From contig MU271230.1 of the NCBI GenBank assembly GCA_021432655.1, forward strand, positions 113,651 to 133,650: a stretch of DNA of 20,000 nt, written 5' to 3'. The DNA comes from Atractiella rhizophila. Lineage: Eukaryota. The notes under the pieces are model-generated. The model was not told the DNA's origin, ran no database searches, and saw only the letters and a program-made list of their open reading frames with translations. Of the stretch, positions 1 to 10,639 are shown piece after piece. Within the stretch, counting starts at the first letter, position 1. Each line of letters opens with the position of its first letter. The position numbers were made by a program, and so were the translations under genes.

Positions 1-1
1 G

Positions 2-1182
2 GACCGTCATGCCTTGTCTATCAAGCTCTTCATTCTTCGCGCCAATGCGGAGTCAACTAAGCCGCTTGCTGTTTTGGTCGAGGAGTGGACGGCAAAGAAG
101 ACCACCCTCTTATGGAACGAAGATGGCGAAGAGACACTCACTCTCGCCACTTCGATATCTTTTTCGCTCGATTCACCTCTTCTCAGAAAACATGAAGACC
201 TTAGCGCCTTTATCCATGCCCTATTATCTTGGACTCCTGATGGCCACCTGGCAGACGACATTATCGCTATCGGGGATAAAAATTTTTCCACATCAATCGG
301 AACAGTCTTCCGTGCTCGTCACATCAATCTTAACCGTTGGGCTTGCTGAGGAGATTGTGGATGTCCTCACAAACTCGAAACCTTTGTGCATGCTGGCACC
401 AATTCGTGAATATATCAATCGCTTAGTCCTTGGTCCCATTCTACCTTTCAATGGCACTGCTTTATCACTTCAGCCGTTGACTGAAGTTCTCATATAGAAG
501 GCTCGTAAAAATGTACGATAAAGATGAATCTGAGCGGATCGGACTGCTGTCGTTTCGCAACGATTATGGAAACCTTGAATACGTCCTTCTAGCTGCCTTT
601 CACCACCTGGATGATGGGACAACAGCTTGCATCTTCATAGCAGAAACCTGGAATTTTCTGTATCTTCAAAGCCTGCTCTCCATAGCACTGTTTCAGGCCG
701 CTTTATTCTAAATAACATCCATATCTATTACATCACTGACGGCTCGATTGGCGCTGGCTCTTGGATTAACATTTCAACTGAAGGGGAATGTACAACAGGC
801 GCTGATACGGTTCGAAGAAGCGAAGGAGCTGTATGTGGTTGTGGAAGATCAGCAAGGCCGTGCCCACTGCATCCGTGGCATGGGGGAGATCGAGCAGGCT
901 CGTGGGCGTAACGAGGAAGCGTTGAAAAGGTTCGAGGAGGCGAAGGAGCTGTTTGTGGTTGTAGAAGATCAGCGTGGCCTTGCCCACTGCATTTTCAGCA
1001 TGGGGACGATCGAGCATAGTCGCGGGCTTGACGAGGAAGCACTGAAATGGTTCGAGCAGGCAAAGGAGCTGTATGTGGTTGCGGACGATGTGGGAGGTCA
1101 ACTTAACTGCCTTTCTAACATGGCGTCTGTTCATGCATCCAAAGGGATGGAAGAAGGTGCATCGCCCCCGAAAAGGCTTTGA
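2..1182 (+). pseudogene. Fungal NLR-like gene (NB-ARC helical/winged-helix region + TPR repeats), 5' end outside window, disrupted
   Basis: Frame 2 reads DRHALSIKL (GLPLA-like)...SISFSLDSP...LLSWTPDG; shift to frame 3 near 270 gives MLAPIREY; shift to frame 1 near 480 gives NDYGNLEYVL; in-frame TAA at 709-711 is followed in the same frame by 40-aa TPR repeats (748-1182). Two frameshifts plus one stop. Confidence 0.8.
781..1160 (+). repeat. 120-bp tandem repeat encoding 40-aa TPR units (about 3 copies)
   Basis: GGTTCGA(A/G)(G/C)A(A/G)GC(G/A)AAGGAGCTGT(A/T)TGTGGTTG recurs at 809, 929 and 1049; peptide FE(E/Q)AKEL(Y/F)VV three times. Confidence 0.95.
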
Positions 1183-1639
1183 AACTGAGAGGCATGATTG
1201 GATGGTTTCGGTCCATTTCACCTTACAGTCTGGTATAAACTAACTATCTGTTGCAGTTGGTAGATTCAGCTTGGCCTTACTGTTCTAAGTCTCATTCATC
1301 AGCGCATAGGCTGCTGCGCTTCGAAGTAGAGAACCGTAGTCGGTCTTCGACTTCGTTAACAAGGAGCAACATATCAAACCTGCTCTGTGTCTGTTGTCTC
1401 AGGGCTTTTCAGTGGAATTTTTTTGGTATATGTTGTTTGAATAGCAACTTGCACTTTCTGTTTAGCCAGCCGAAGGACGCTCGCTGAAAGTGGCTTTGCG
1501 CTTCAGTTTTGAGGACATTTACACAGGACCGCCGATAATTCGGAGGTTGAGAGCGACATGTTTGTTTGGGATCCAGCGCTCGATGCGTACAACATTACAG
1601 CTACAACAGAACAGACCTACACATCTTTACTTACGGTTC

Positions 1640-3204
1640 TTCAATGGATGACGAACGATGAGCTCGACCTCGAACTCCTCCTTAACGCATCTAAATCCGA
1701 CAAACCCTCCTCTTCACGCTCCTTATAACCAGAGCTTGGACCTTGCACGGATCCAAACGGGGGGTGAGCCAAAAGGGGGCTGACGGGACAATACAGACGA
1801 CAACGGGTGTCGTTCGATGATCTCGTAGAAGACGGCTTCCAGCTTTGCAGATTACGCGTAACGGTCTTTAGAACATGGGGACTTCTTCGGAAAAGACTGC
1901 CGGGACCATGTGTTCGTACGCGCTGATGGGTTGTCGAACAGTCATTCCCAACCTTCCGAGCATGAGTGCGACCCACACTCCGAAGATGAGATCGAAAACA
2001 TCCACGGCCGGACTTCTTCTCCTTCGTGGACTTTGAGGAGGTTGTCAACTTGGAGCATGATGACTTGGAGCATGAAAGCGTGGAAAAGGTACGGATGCCG
2101 CCGTTGTTGATTACGAGGATTCGGAGCCTTTGTTCGTTCGTCTTCTTGACATTATCGGGGACTTTGAAAATCTTGACGGTCTGAACTTGGGATGGGCGGA
2201 GGACGAGAAAGGTGTTGGGGTAGCAGATCTGGAGGTTACGGGCGATGCGGTACGTGATGCGAAGTGAAATTTCTAAGGCAGAACTGCCGCTTTGACAAGG
2301 AATGGGCTGGGTTTGTACAGCTGCAATACTGAAAGATTTTGAACTCCGATGCCTACATTAGAACGAAGATCTTCTTGCGAATCGGCGTTGAATGCGTGGT
2401 CGGCATGAGACAAATCCTCAGTGTCTTCATGGTTGCTGGGATTTGATGAAGGCTGAGGCGCTTAGAGCTCGAGATGAAATCGATGACGATTGACCCAGAA
2501 CTGCTTGTTGAACGTGAGACGAAACTGAGGAAATGCCTGTCGGATCTAGACTAGAGCTACCAGGCGAGCGGCCAAAGAATACTTGAAACTGGCTGTGAGG
2601 AAGAGGAAGAAGAATCAAGGAATACGGAATACAGTACAGCTGCAGTCCGATCCGGTACGTACGAATGCATCAAAGAAAATCCAGACGAATGAGGATGTGA
2701 GAATATGAAGGGAGGGAAGCTTAGGATAACTTGATCAATTTTGTCAACTCGCGAAGGTGGAGGAACGAATGCTAGGAAAAAGACTATGAACCATCCAGCA
2801 CTAAGTTGAAGTTATGCTTCCGCTTGAGCAAAGGAGATATTCAGTACTATGAAGGCTACACAATATCGAATATCGAATTGACTAGGGAGAACATAAAATT
2901 CATCCCACCAACTCTCCAACTCATCCCTCGTCTCAAGGTCGACCACGCCAGGATTGATAAATTCAAGACTCATAGGACTCCTGAGACTCTTTCTCTGATC
3001 GTGCAGAAACGCTTGACACTCAACACACAAAACTCAGGAACAGTCCGATATCTTGCTGTCTACCACAAGCTTTTACATACATTAAAGTTACACCGCACAT
3101 CCCGAAAATGCATCAGCCCGTCCAACTCGCATTGCGACAGTCCACCTCCTCATAATCGACAAGATCTAGATGGACGAGGAACTCTGGGCGAAGCATATAA
3201 TGAG
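1640..3204 (+). pseudogene. Decayed coding region, probably the 5' part of the TET-like gene
   Basis: Protein-like acidic stretches (SFVDFEEVVNLEHDDLEHES, ILETGCEEEEEESRNTE) interrupted by TAG/TGA stops and frameshifts. ORF 2806-3216 joins exon 3257 in frame if 3205-3256 (GGGAGC...TTACAG) is an intron with a mutated GT donor. Confidence 0.45.
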
Positions 3205-3256
3205 GGGAGCCTTTGATTCATTCATCCCAATTGTCATATGAATAGGATCCTTACAG

Positions 3257-5461
3257 GCCAAGGGCCATGCAAAGAAGGAACGATGGGCCCAATTGCTGAG
3301 AACGTCCAAGTCTATGATGAACGCCCGACCTAATGGGATCGGGAACCTTGAGGGCCGCTATTATAGGCTGTTGGCCATACTATCTAGAGGCGCTACCAAG
3401 TCAGCTTTTTTCCCCATTCTCCCAGTTGCAAAATGACATATTTGTTATTCTGATGGTAGGGAGGCGGTGGAGAAGATGGTGACGCTGGAGGAACTACGAC
3501 ATGACGCCGCCGAGGTACTGGTGGTCACCGCATCCGGCACCAACGGGGTATTCTCAAAGGATGTCCACAATCCACTTTTTCTCTTGGTTCTGCTCTCAAT
3601 TGAGGTGAAGGATGAGAAACTATTCGCGCCTGGGGTTACTGGTTCGTTGCCCTTAATTTCTTCGTGTCGCAGTAGCAACGATTTCCAGGAATGACGCTAC
3701 AATGCTTCGCCCAGGAGCATTTGTTCGTGTCGAATATTGTTCCGACATTGCTAAAAGTTTCTATTGACTATGTCAGTTTCCACGGCCCTCCCCTGGTATC
3801 CGCTGACCTAGCATTCAGTCAGAGTCAAAAAGGGTTTATGGTGACCTCTTTCGGGTCGAGCGCAATCAGAAAATAAACTTCTGCACGACTTTCCCCTTCG
3901 CAGCCAAATGGATAGCTAAGATCAGCAGCGAAAGGGAGGTCCACAAGAAAATCGAGCGAGCTGCTGCACGTGCTTCGATTCGTATCCTTCGATTGAACCG
4001 TGTCCTGGATGCCAAAAAGGAGAAAGAAACGGACAACAAACTCTTTTTTCTTCACGGTCTGTTTCACTTTTGCTTTTCTGACGTCGGTGTAGGTGGCTGA
4101 GCCATCTCACAGACCCGTCTGGAGAAATTGGCCTCCCACCTTCCCCGATACGGAACCCGAAATCCCGAAGGACGAAAGATGCAAATGAGAGCCTGCGAAA
4201 AGTGCTCGAGTTATGCGACTTGGTGATTGTCGAACCCAGCTCCCATGAACCAGAGTCAGTTTATGTCCTGGACCAGGATTGGCTAGTAGAGAACAATCAT
4301 CCTGCGGCGGACCCAGACTGGATTCCAGAAAATGGCGATCGATTGCCTTTGGAAGCTTTAGTATTTTGTTCTTGTAATCATTTGCAAGCACGAATAACCC
4401 GCATCAAATCAACAGATTGCTAGCGAACATTTCAACATTGTCGATGACGACATGGATTGGGATGCGATAGACGCAATAATGTCTACTCTGGATCTACTTG
4501 CTCCGATAGTTCGGCACAAAGCGCAAGCCAATAGCTCTCGAGGGCACATGAGTGGATTTTCTGGCCAACGCGCGGTTCAGGTACGGAGGAGTGTTGGACC
4601 TTTTGCGCTGAAGAGCAATTGCTCCGGCAAGGTGAGTAGGTTCAGGGTTCCCGTTCTAGTTGAGTCAGATTCCTCTCTCCTGCATGTAGAGGCCTCGTGA
4701 AAATTTCGACGATGAAGACCTGATGGAATCTAAGCGCGCGGAAGGGGAAAGAAGAGATAGGTGTAAGCTGGAGCTGGCAGATACCAACAGTGGTACAGCA
4801 ACCGTCCATGCATCTCCAGTTGCTCAAATGGAGTGTTCAGTGGTCGGATGCCGCCTCTTGACTTTGATGGAAAAGGTTGTTCCAGAAATCTATTACGACT
4901 GGAGCATGTCCAACCTGGAGCATCCCTCAAAAGCAAATCTCCAATTTCTCCCTGTCACCCAGTACTGCGCTAGTGCCTACGTGGGACCATCTCATGTCGA
5001 CAAAACTGATCGCAACTTCACATACAGTCACAACGCATTCAATGAAGAGTACGAGATGTGCCCTTTGGCGAATTCAATGTTCTTTCCGGCATTTGATGTG
5101 AGTTCTAGCCGTCGAGGGCGGACGACTGACAATATCTGTCCAGCTTGTCCTAACGACGCCTGGAGGTTCGGTGCACGGTTGGAGGAGCCGCGACCTGTAC
5201 CACGCGACGCTCCTCGCGCCTCCATATTATGGTCATAGTCGCGAAGTCGATGGTGAACCTCTTTTTCGGGCGGCGATGGGCATAGTTACATTGGCGAGTA
5301 GCACCGTCATAAAAGAGCTCGGCAAAGGCAACCTGGAACACGAAATCTACAGACACGAGGGTTGGAACGCAACATCCCTGGAGAAGTTAACTGCAGTAGC
5401 TCAAAAGAGAACGAATAAGTACACTTGCAGACGCTGGGCAAAGATGCGGGGCGCAGCCTAA
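3257..5461 (+). CDS. Multi-exon gene with C-terminal TET/JBP-like 2OG-Fe(II) dioxygenase domain (about 610 aa from 3257; true start uncertain, first ATG 3314)
   Basis: Exons 3257-3399, 3460-3641, 3689-3771, 3819-4056, 4113-4360, 4416-4631, 4690-5097, 5144-5461; all seven introns GT..AG, 46-60 nt, phase-compatible, no stops. Motifs RGHMSGFSGQR, YVGPSHVDKTD (HxD at 4993-5001), MFFPAFD|LVLTTPGGSVHGWRSRDLYHAT (His 5201), LFRAAMG (Arg 5267). Possible extra in-frame intron 4763-4819. Confidence 0.75.
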
Positions 5462-5624
5462 CGCCACATGGTACTGTTGAAGTGAAGACGCTGAAGTCGT
5501 GTATAGTCCATTGTAGGATTAGTTACTTCGTTTGGTCATTCTTTTTCACATCTGAAAATGTGTTCACGAGAAGAGAGATTTTGATGTTGTTCTATTCTTC
5601 AACCCAACTCCCTTTCCGACATTC

Positions 5625-6279
5625 ATGGCACCACCTCGTCCAGAAAGAGGTCAACGTCCAACTTCATAGTGTTTACAGAAGGATGATTGTGAGAATTCAC
5701 ACAAGGATCAGGAACCAGTCAATGAGTGGCGTCTACAGTACCATCTGCACCAGCTAACCCCATCCAGAGATCACAGGACAGCTTGGAGCCGCCACAAGCA
5801 TCAGAACCAGTGGTGGATGGACCTGAGTACTTTGTTGTCGAAGTTGGTGATGAAGAGGAGTCAGGACTCTGTTGATCGCCAGCATGACATTGACATATGG
5901 ACATGCAGGGATTCCCACATTGTTTTTCACGGCGAAGAACTTGGCGATGACTCTGAAATAGAATCAGAGTAAGTAGGTATGACTTAGTAATGATTTAACA
6001 ATGTCACAGTGCAATAACCCTACTTTCTTACCATCCGAGGAAAGCGAAGGGATAATCTCTGATACCCGTCACACAGCTGCGGATATACAAGCCCACAATA
6101 GAACATATCCCTGCATACCCCTAGCTGTCTTTAACAAGGAGGCTACTAGTATGCTCCTAACTGTGGGCATTTTGAGGAAGAGAAAGACAGAGGCTCTCAA
6201 GAACTATGTTCATTATGAGGCCATCCTTGAGCTGATGAGGTGCCAAACATTACAATGTGAAAATGTCAAGAATTCATGA
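5625..6279 (+). pseudogene. Decayed intron-containing gene of unknown function
   Basis: ATG at 5625 (MAPPRPERGQ), acidic stretch with stops and frameshifts, GTAAGT...CACAG intron-like segment about 5969-6009, then open frame to 6279. Confidence 0.35.
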
Positions 6280-6735
6280 CCAACATCATGCTGCCAGCAT
6301 TGCTGAATGGCCATCTGAAACTCATCCACTTAACAGATGCAGAACAGCCCACAGCAGAGTGCAAGAGAAGCTTTGGAGTGCTGCAAAAGTGAAGGCAGAC
6401 GGCTAAACTTAGGCAAGCCCTCCCTCTCAGGTTTTGGGATCAGAGTCGAGGCGAGGTTCGGCAAGTAGCTCACCAACCAACTCCGTAATAGTCTGCCTGT
6501 CTCAAAGCTTTCACTTTCATTTCTCAAGTCAAGGGTATCATATCAGAGCTCATCAGCAAGGGCCTTTAGGCATACTGAAGCAGTCAGGCAGGACACAACA
6601 CAACTTAACAAACGACCCACGGAAGGAGACCCTATAGATGATCTAGGAGTTGGATACCAGAGCCCCCATCAATCTTTCAAGGATAGCACAATAATGGACT
6701 ACTCGAGCGAATCGGAGATATGCCAAGTTTCAAGA

Positions 6736-6865
6736 CAACATTTTCTTCAGGGTGCTGTTTTTATTGGAGGCAGGGTTGTACCCTGGATGCCTAGGAGGCA
6801 AGGATTCAGCCAGGATCTTGTTCCTGACAGAGGCAGGGTTGAACCCTAAAGTACTGTTAGTAGTC
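6736..6865 (+). repeat. Dispersed repeat copy A (putative DNA transposon terminus) with internal GAGGCAGGGTTG motifs
   Basis: 6736-6793 closely matches 17137-17194; both are followed by TACTGTTAGTA(G/A)TC (6852-6865; 17193-17206). Confidence 0.85.
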
Positions 6866-7879
6866 TATGCCCACCAGCACTCACAGCCCCTCTTAGTCCT
6901 GCAACAAGCATCCCAATGGAAAGAACAAGCCAGGGGCCATTAAGCAGGCTCTACGGTGAATTCCCCTAGGATGAAAGCTAACAGATGAGCAGAGGCACAC
7001 CATCAGCTCATTAAAGCTTGTGCGTGCAGTGTCCCCTTCTACAGGCACCAGGCCCCTGTCTTCTTCATCAACTCTGAATTTATAGTTCAATCTGAGGCAT
7101 GCTGGCATGGAATTATGACGACACTCCGTCAAAGATTTGATGAGGATGGCCTTGTTCACCCAGGGCTATGCTTCATGAAAGACTACCCCAAGCAAATCTC
7201 TGTATTCAGCACACTCCCTCCTCACCATACTCAAAAATGAGAAACTCAGCCGTATGCATGAGCATTGGAGAGTGTGCCTATTTACTCATAACATTCGTCA
7301 CAGGAATATGTTTGGGAATAGTAAATTACTGCTGTAACATGATGTCAAGTGCACCTATGAGGGAATCTGGGAATGAAATAATAAGTTCCTGAATGAATCA
7401 TTCCAGGAAGCGTTTAGAGGACCAGAGGTACAATGGATGATGAATGTTGAAAGTGACCCTGAAGTAAAAGCACTAATCAAGAGATCCAAAGGTGATGAAG
7501 TATTTGAGTGAGTACTCCACTTAGTGATATTCCTCAGGCTGAAAGAAGACATTCCAGACCACTTAGAGGACATCACCCACCACGGAGCAACATCTTATGT
7601 TCGGGTTGACTGTAAAATTAAATCTGGTGTTTTTCGGGAAAATGGCCCTCAGGCCAACTCAGGCTCTTGTAACTAGATCCAGTTTGCATACCCTTCGTGT
7701 TGCGCTTAGGATAGGGTGTCTACTGACATGCTGCTCGGATTGGCACAGTCTAGGACTGATGTGACTGCTTTCAGGTTGAGTGAGGTGCTTCACTGCACGT
7801 CTCTAGCATAACAGCAAGATCTTTCGCCTTGTCGGGGTAGCAAATCATTCTTAGGTGACTCAGATAAGATGGGTCCCTC

Positions 7880-8953
7880 AGGTTCTGGCTTAGATCGAGC
7901 TGCCTTGTCATGTGAGCTGCATCAGCTGGTTGTTCGAATTTGGGCTGACGGAGCTCACCTTTGCCCTAACCCTAAGTTCGTTCCTCAGCCAAACATTTGG
8001 AGAGCTGGTCTGTCAGGACGTTCTATATGTAGAGTCCTTCACTGTGGCCTTACAGACAAAGTCTTGCCTAAAATATGCACATACGATGGTTCCTCTCCCA
8101 TACTTTCTTGCCACACCATTGTGAGCTGCTTCAGCCAGCTTCCGCTCGATAACTCAGCAAACATCCCGCTGGAAACAACATTGTTCTGTTAGTGGGTGTA
8201 ACAATGAACCCGAGTTGTGGTTGGTTACCATCCGGACGATTTTTCTTGAACTCGAATGAATACGTCGGGATGCTGTTCTGCACGAACCATAATAAACGTT
8301 GACCTTTTGCTTTTGTGATCATGCTGGTGTCAAAGGTTGACTCCCAGCCACTCCACACTTTTTCCTGCAACGGCATCTGTCAACTGCTTTTGCATTAAGT
8401 CGTGCCTAGCCATGGGAACGATTCTCTTCTCAGCTTTCAGTTCAGCCTTCTCCAGGGCATTTTGTTTGTCCTCAGTGCCATCTAAAAGGCAGTCCACCCA
8501 CCATTTTGCGGGAAACTAAATGATAAGCAAGGTCGGTGAAGATGTGCAGTAATGTGGCAAGTCGGACCGTGCTAAAGCGAAGTTCATCTGCTCCGCCCAT
8601 TATGACTCCACTTTGTTGCTCAATTGTCTCCTGCAGGTTGTCTCATGATGTCATCCAGGCATTCAGGCGTCAGGCGCGTCGCTACATCCATAGCACTAAC
8701 TGCATGTTGGATAGCTGTCCAAGTCAGGATGTAAATGAATGATTCAATGTGTCGTCGGGTTCATGTTGGATCTTCTCATCGGACAAACGTGCTTGTAAGA
8801 GTTAGACCGATATGAACTCATTAAGTCCCCTGCTCCAAAGTTAATGATTGCAAGAATATCACCAGCAAAGTTCTCAGGGCTTCATTTCAACACTTTGAAT
8901 TCCCAATCAATCGAATATCCCTGTGGCTCTTCTTTGATAATAGGTTCTGCCAT
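7880..8953 (-). pseudogene. Decayed gene of unknown function, weak kinase-like hints at its 5' end
   Basis: Protein-like frames with scattered stops: MAEPIIKEEP...LK*SPENFAGDILAIINFGAG, RRHIESFIYILTWTAI, KQNALEKAELKAEKRIV. Confidence 0.3.
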
Positions 8954-9554
8954 CAAGTAAGGAGTAGATACTCTAAAGGGACAGGTAGCTGACCTGAAAG
9001 ACACGTGGCTGCACTTTCGTTGTCTGTCAATCCGGCCATGTTGGGAGCGACAAGGGCAGAGAGTATGGCGAGCCACCTGAAGAAGCCGCATGGAACCCCA
9101 ATGCTGAGCACTTACCTTCTCTGCTTCCTCTCCATCTCCCACCCAAACCTCCCCATGCTCAAAGCGCTGCTAATGAGGCCTTACAGCTTACACTTACCTG
9201 GACGGCCCCCTTGGATCCAGTGGCAACCTCCCTCTTGACAACCTGCTTGAAGAGGGAGCCATTCCAGCGTGCATCCTCATCAAAGAGGAGCTCCAGAAAT
9301 TGGTCATGATATTCAATGACCTCTTCATAGCCAGAAACATCCCAAGTGCAGTCTATAAAAAGAGACCACCGAAAGAGAGAGCTACGATGATGACCCCTCA
9401 CAAAGTCCACACATCAGAGTAAGAGCAGCCCAAAGACTCAAAAGCAGTGACCTCCGCCTATACTTCTTCTAGGATGCAGCTGAAGTCTAAGTCACAATCA
9501 AACCTCAGGAGCAGTATATCTCTCACCTCCAGAGCGGATGGTCCATCAAATGAA

Positions 9555-10100
9555 AAGCTTTCCCTGTCATTGTCCACACCGTCCCCACCTCCTTTGACGT
9601 CGACTCTGAGGAATAGATCCAAAGGTGAATCAGCCCCACAACCTCAGCGACCACATTTCTAAATTAACCTGGTGCCATACTAAGAAGAATCCAACCTCCT
9701 CCAACCATGAGAAGGTGAAAACTCGCTCCTCCCTTATCATTTATCTCAACAATGCCTCAGCCGCCAACATGTTGATAGAGTTTAGTCTCATCATTGACAG
9801 GAAAGTGTATATGGCAAAGAAATTGATCAGAGATGTCCTCTATTGCTTTAAGTGTCAGCAGCCTGGTCTCATCGCTACAAAATGCAAAGCACCCGTTTCC
9901 TGTGGGGTTTGTGCTGGCCCTCACTTTACTAAGTCTTGCTCCATTTCATGTGCAAATACCATTCCATGTCACAATGCACAATCTTGCTCCCATAGACCAA
10001 TTGAGTGTTCTTTATGTAGTCCTACAAAACATAATGCTTCGTAAGGTTCGGAGTGTGATGTCCTGAACGAACTGAGGCTCTTGCATCGTATTCAAGTTGG
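9555..10100 (+). mobile_element. Tad1-like LINE ORF1 (gag-like) remnant
   Basis: KAFPVIVHTVPTSFD, SSLIIYL...AAN.LI, zinc knuckles CFKCQQPGLIATKC (His lost), CGVCAGPHFTKSC and CSLCSPTKHNAS*GSEC; stops and frameshift; probably extends upstream to about 9100; no ORF2 recognised. Confidence 0.85.
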
Positions 10101-10639
10101 TACTGCCAGATTCTATCTGAAATGAATGACAGCATCATATCCATTCCCAAAGACTCTTCTAACCAGCTAAGTTCTCCTGTTTCATTTTATTCCTCTCCTA
10201 TTCCTTTCCTTCAGCCACTCCATCTCTCTCACTTCCACATAGCCCTTCAAACCCTCCTTCCCCCATACAAGACCAATCTCCATCCTGAAACCACTTCCTC
10301 ACCTCATCCAACAACCACTCCACCAGCACTGATGCCCTGGAACCTTGCCGGGCTGGCTTAGTGCCGACCTAGTTACTCAAGGCACCACCAGCTAAACAGT
10401 GACCGAAATTTGGCTCTGCAGCAGTGCAACTTCGGTGCTTTTAGTGGGTGCTTTTGTTTGAAACTGATTTCTGGTGCTTTTAGTGCCCATCGTGTGCCAT
10501 GTCAGTGTTGCCTCAGTACCGAGAATCAGTGCTTTGCCAGTGCATGTCTAGCGCTGTTCTAGTCGTGTCTCAGTCTCTGCCTAGGTTTGCTAGATTTTTC
10601 TCTTGAAATGGATAATCACATTACATTGTCCTATCCTCA

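Noticed and set aside
766..1221. 151-aa antisense ORF with repeats
   Set aside because: Shadow of the TPR repeat on the plus strand.
7964..7975. Telomere-like CCCTAACCCTAA (also GGTTAGGGTTAG at 12501)
   Set aside because: Only two units each; compatible with chance.
5600..8950. KDZ transposase beside the TET-like gene
   Set aside because: No CxC domains or KDZ catalytic motifs recognised in the frames I read.
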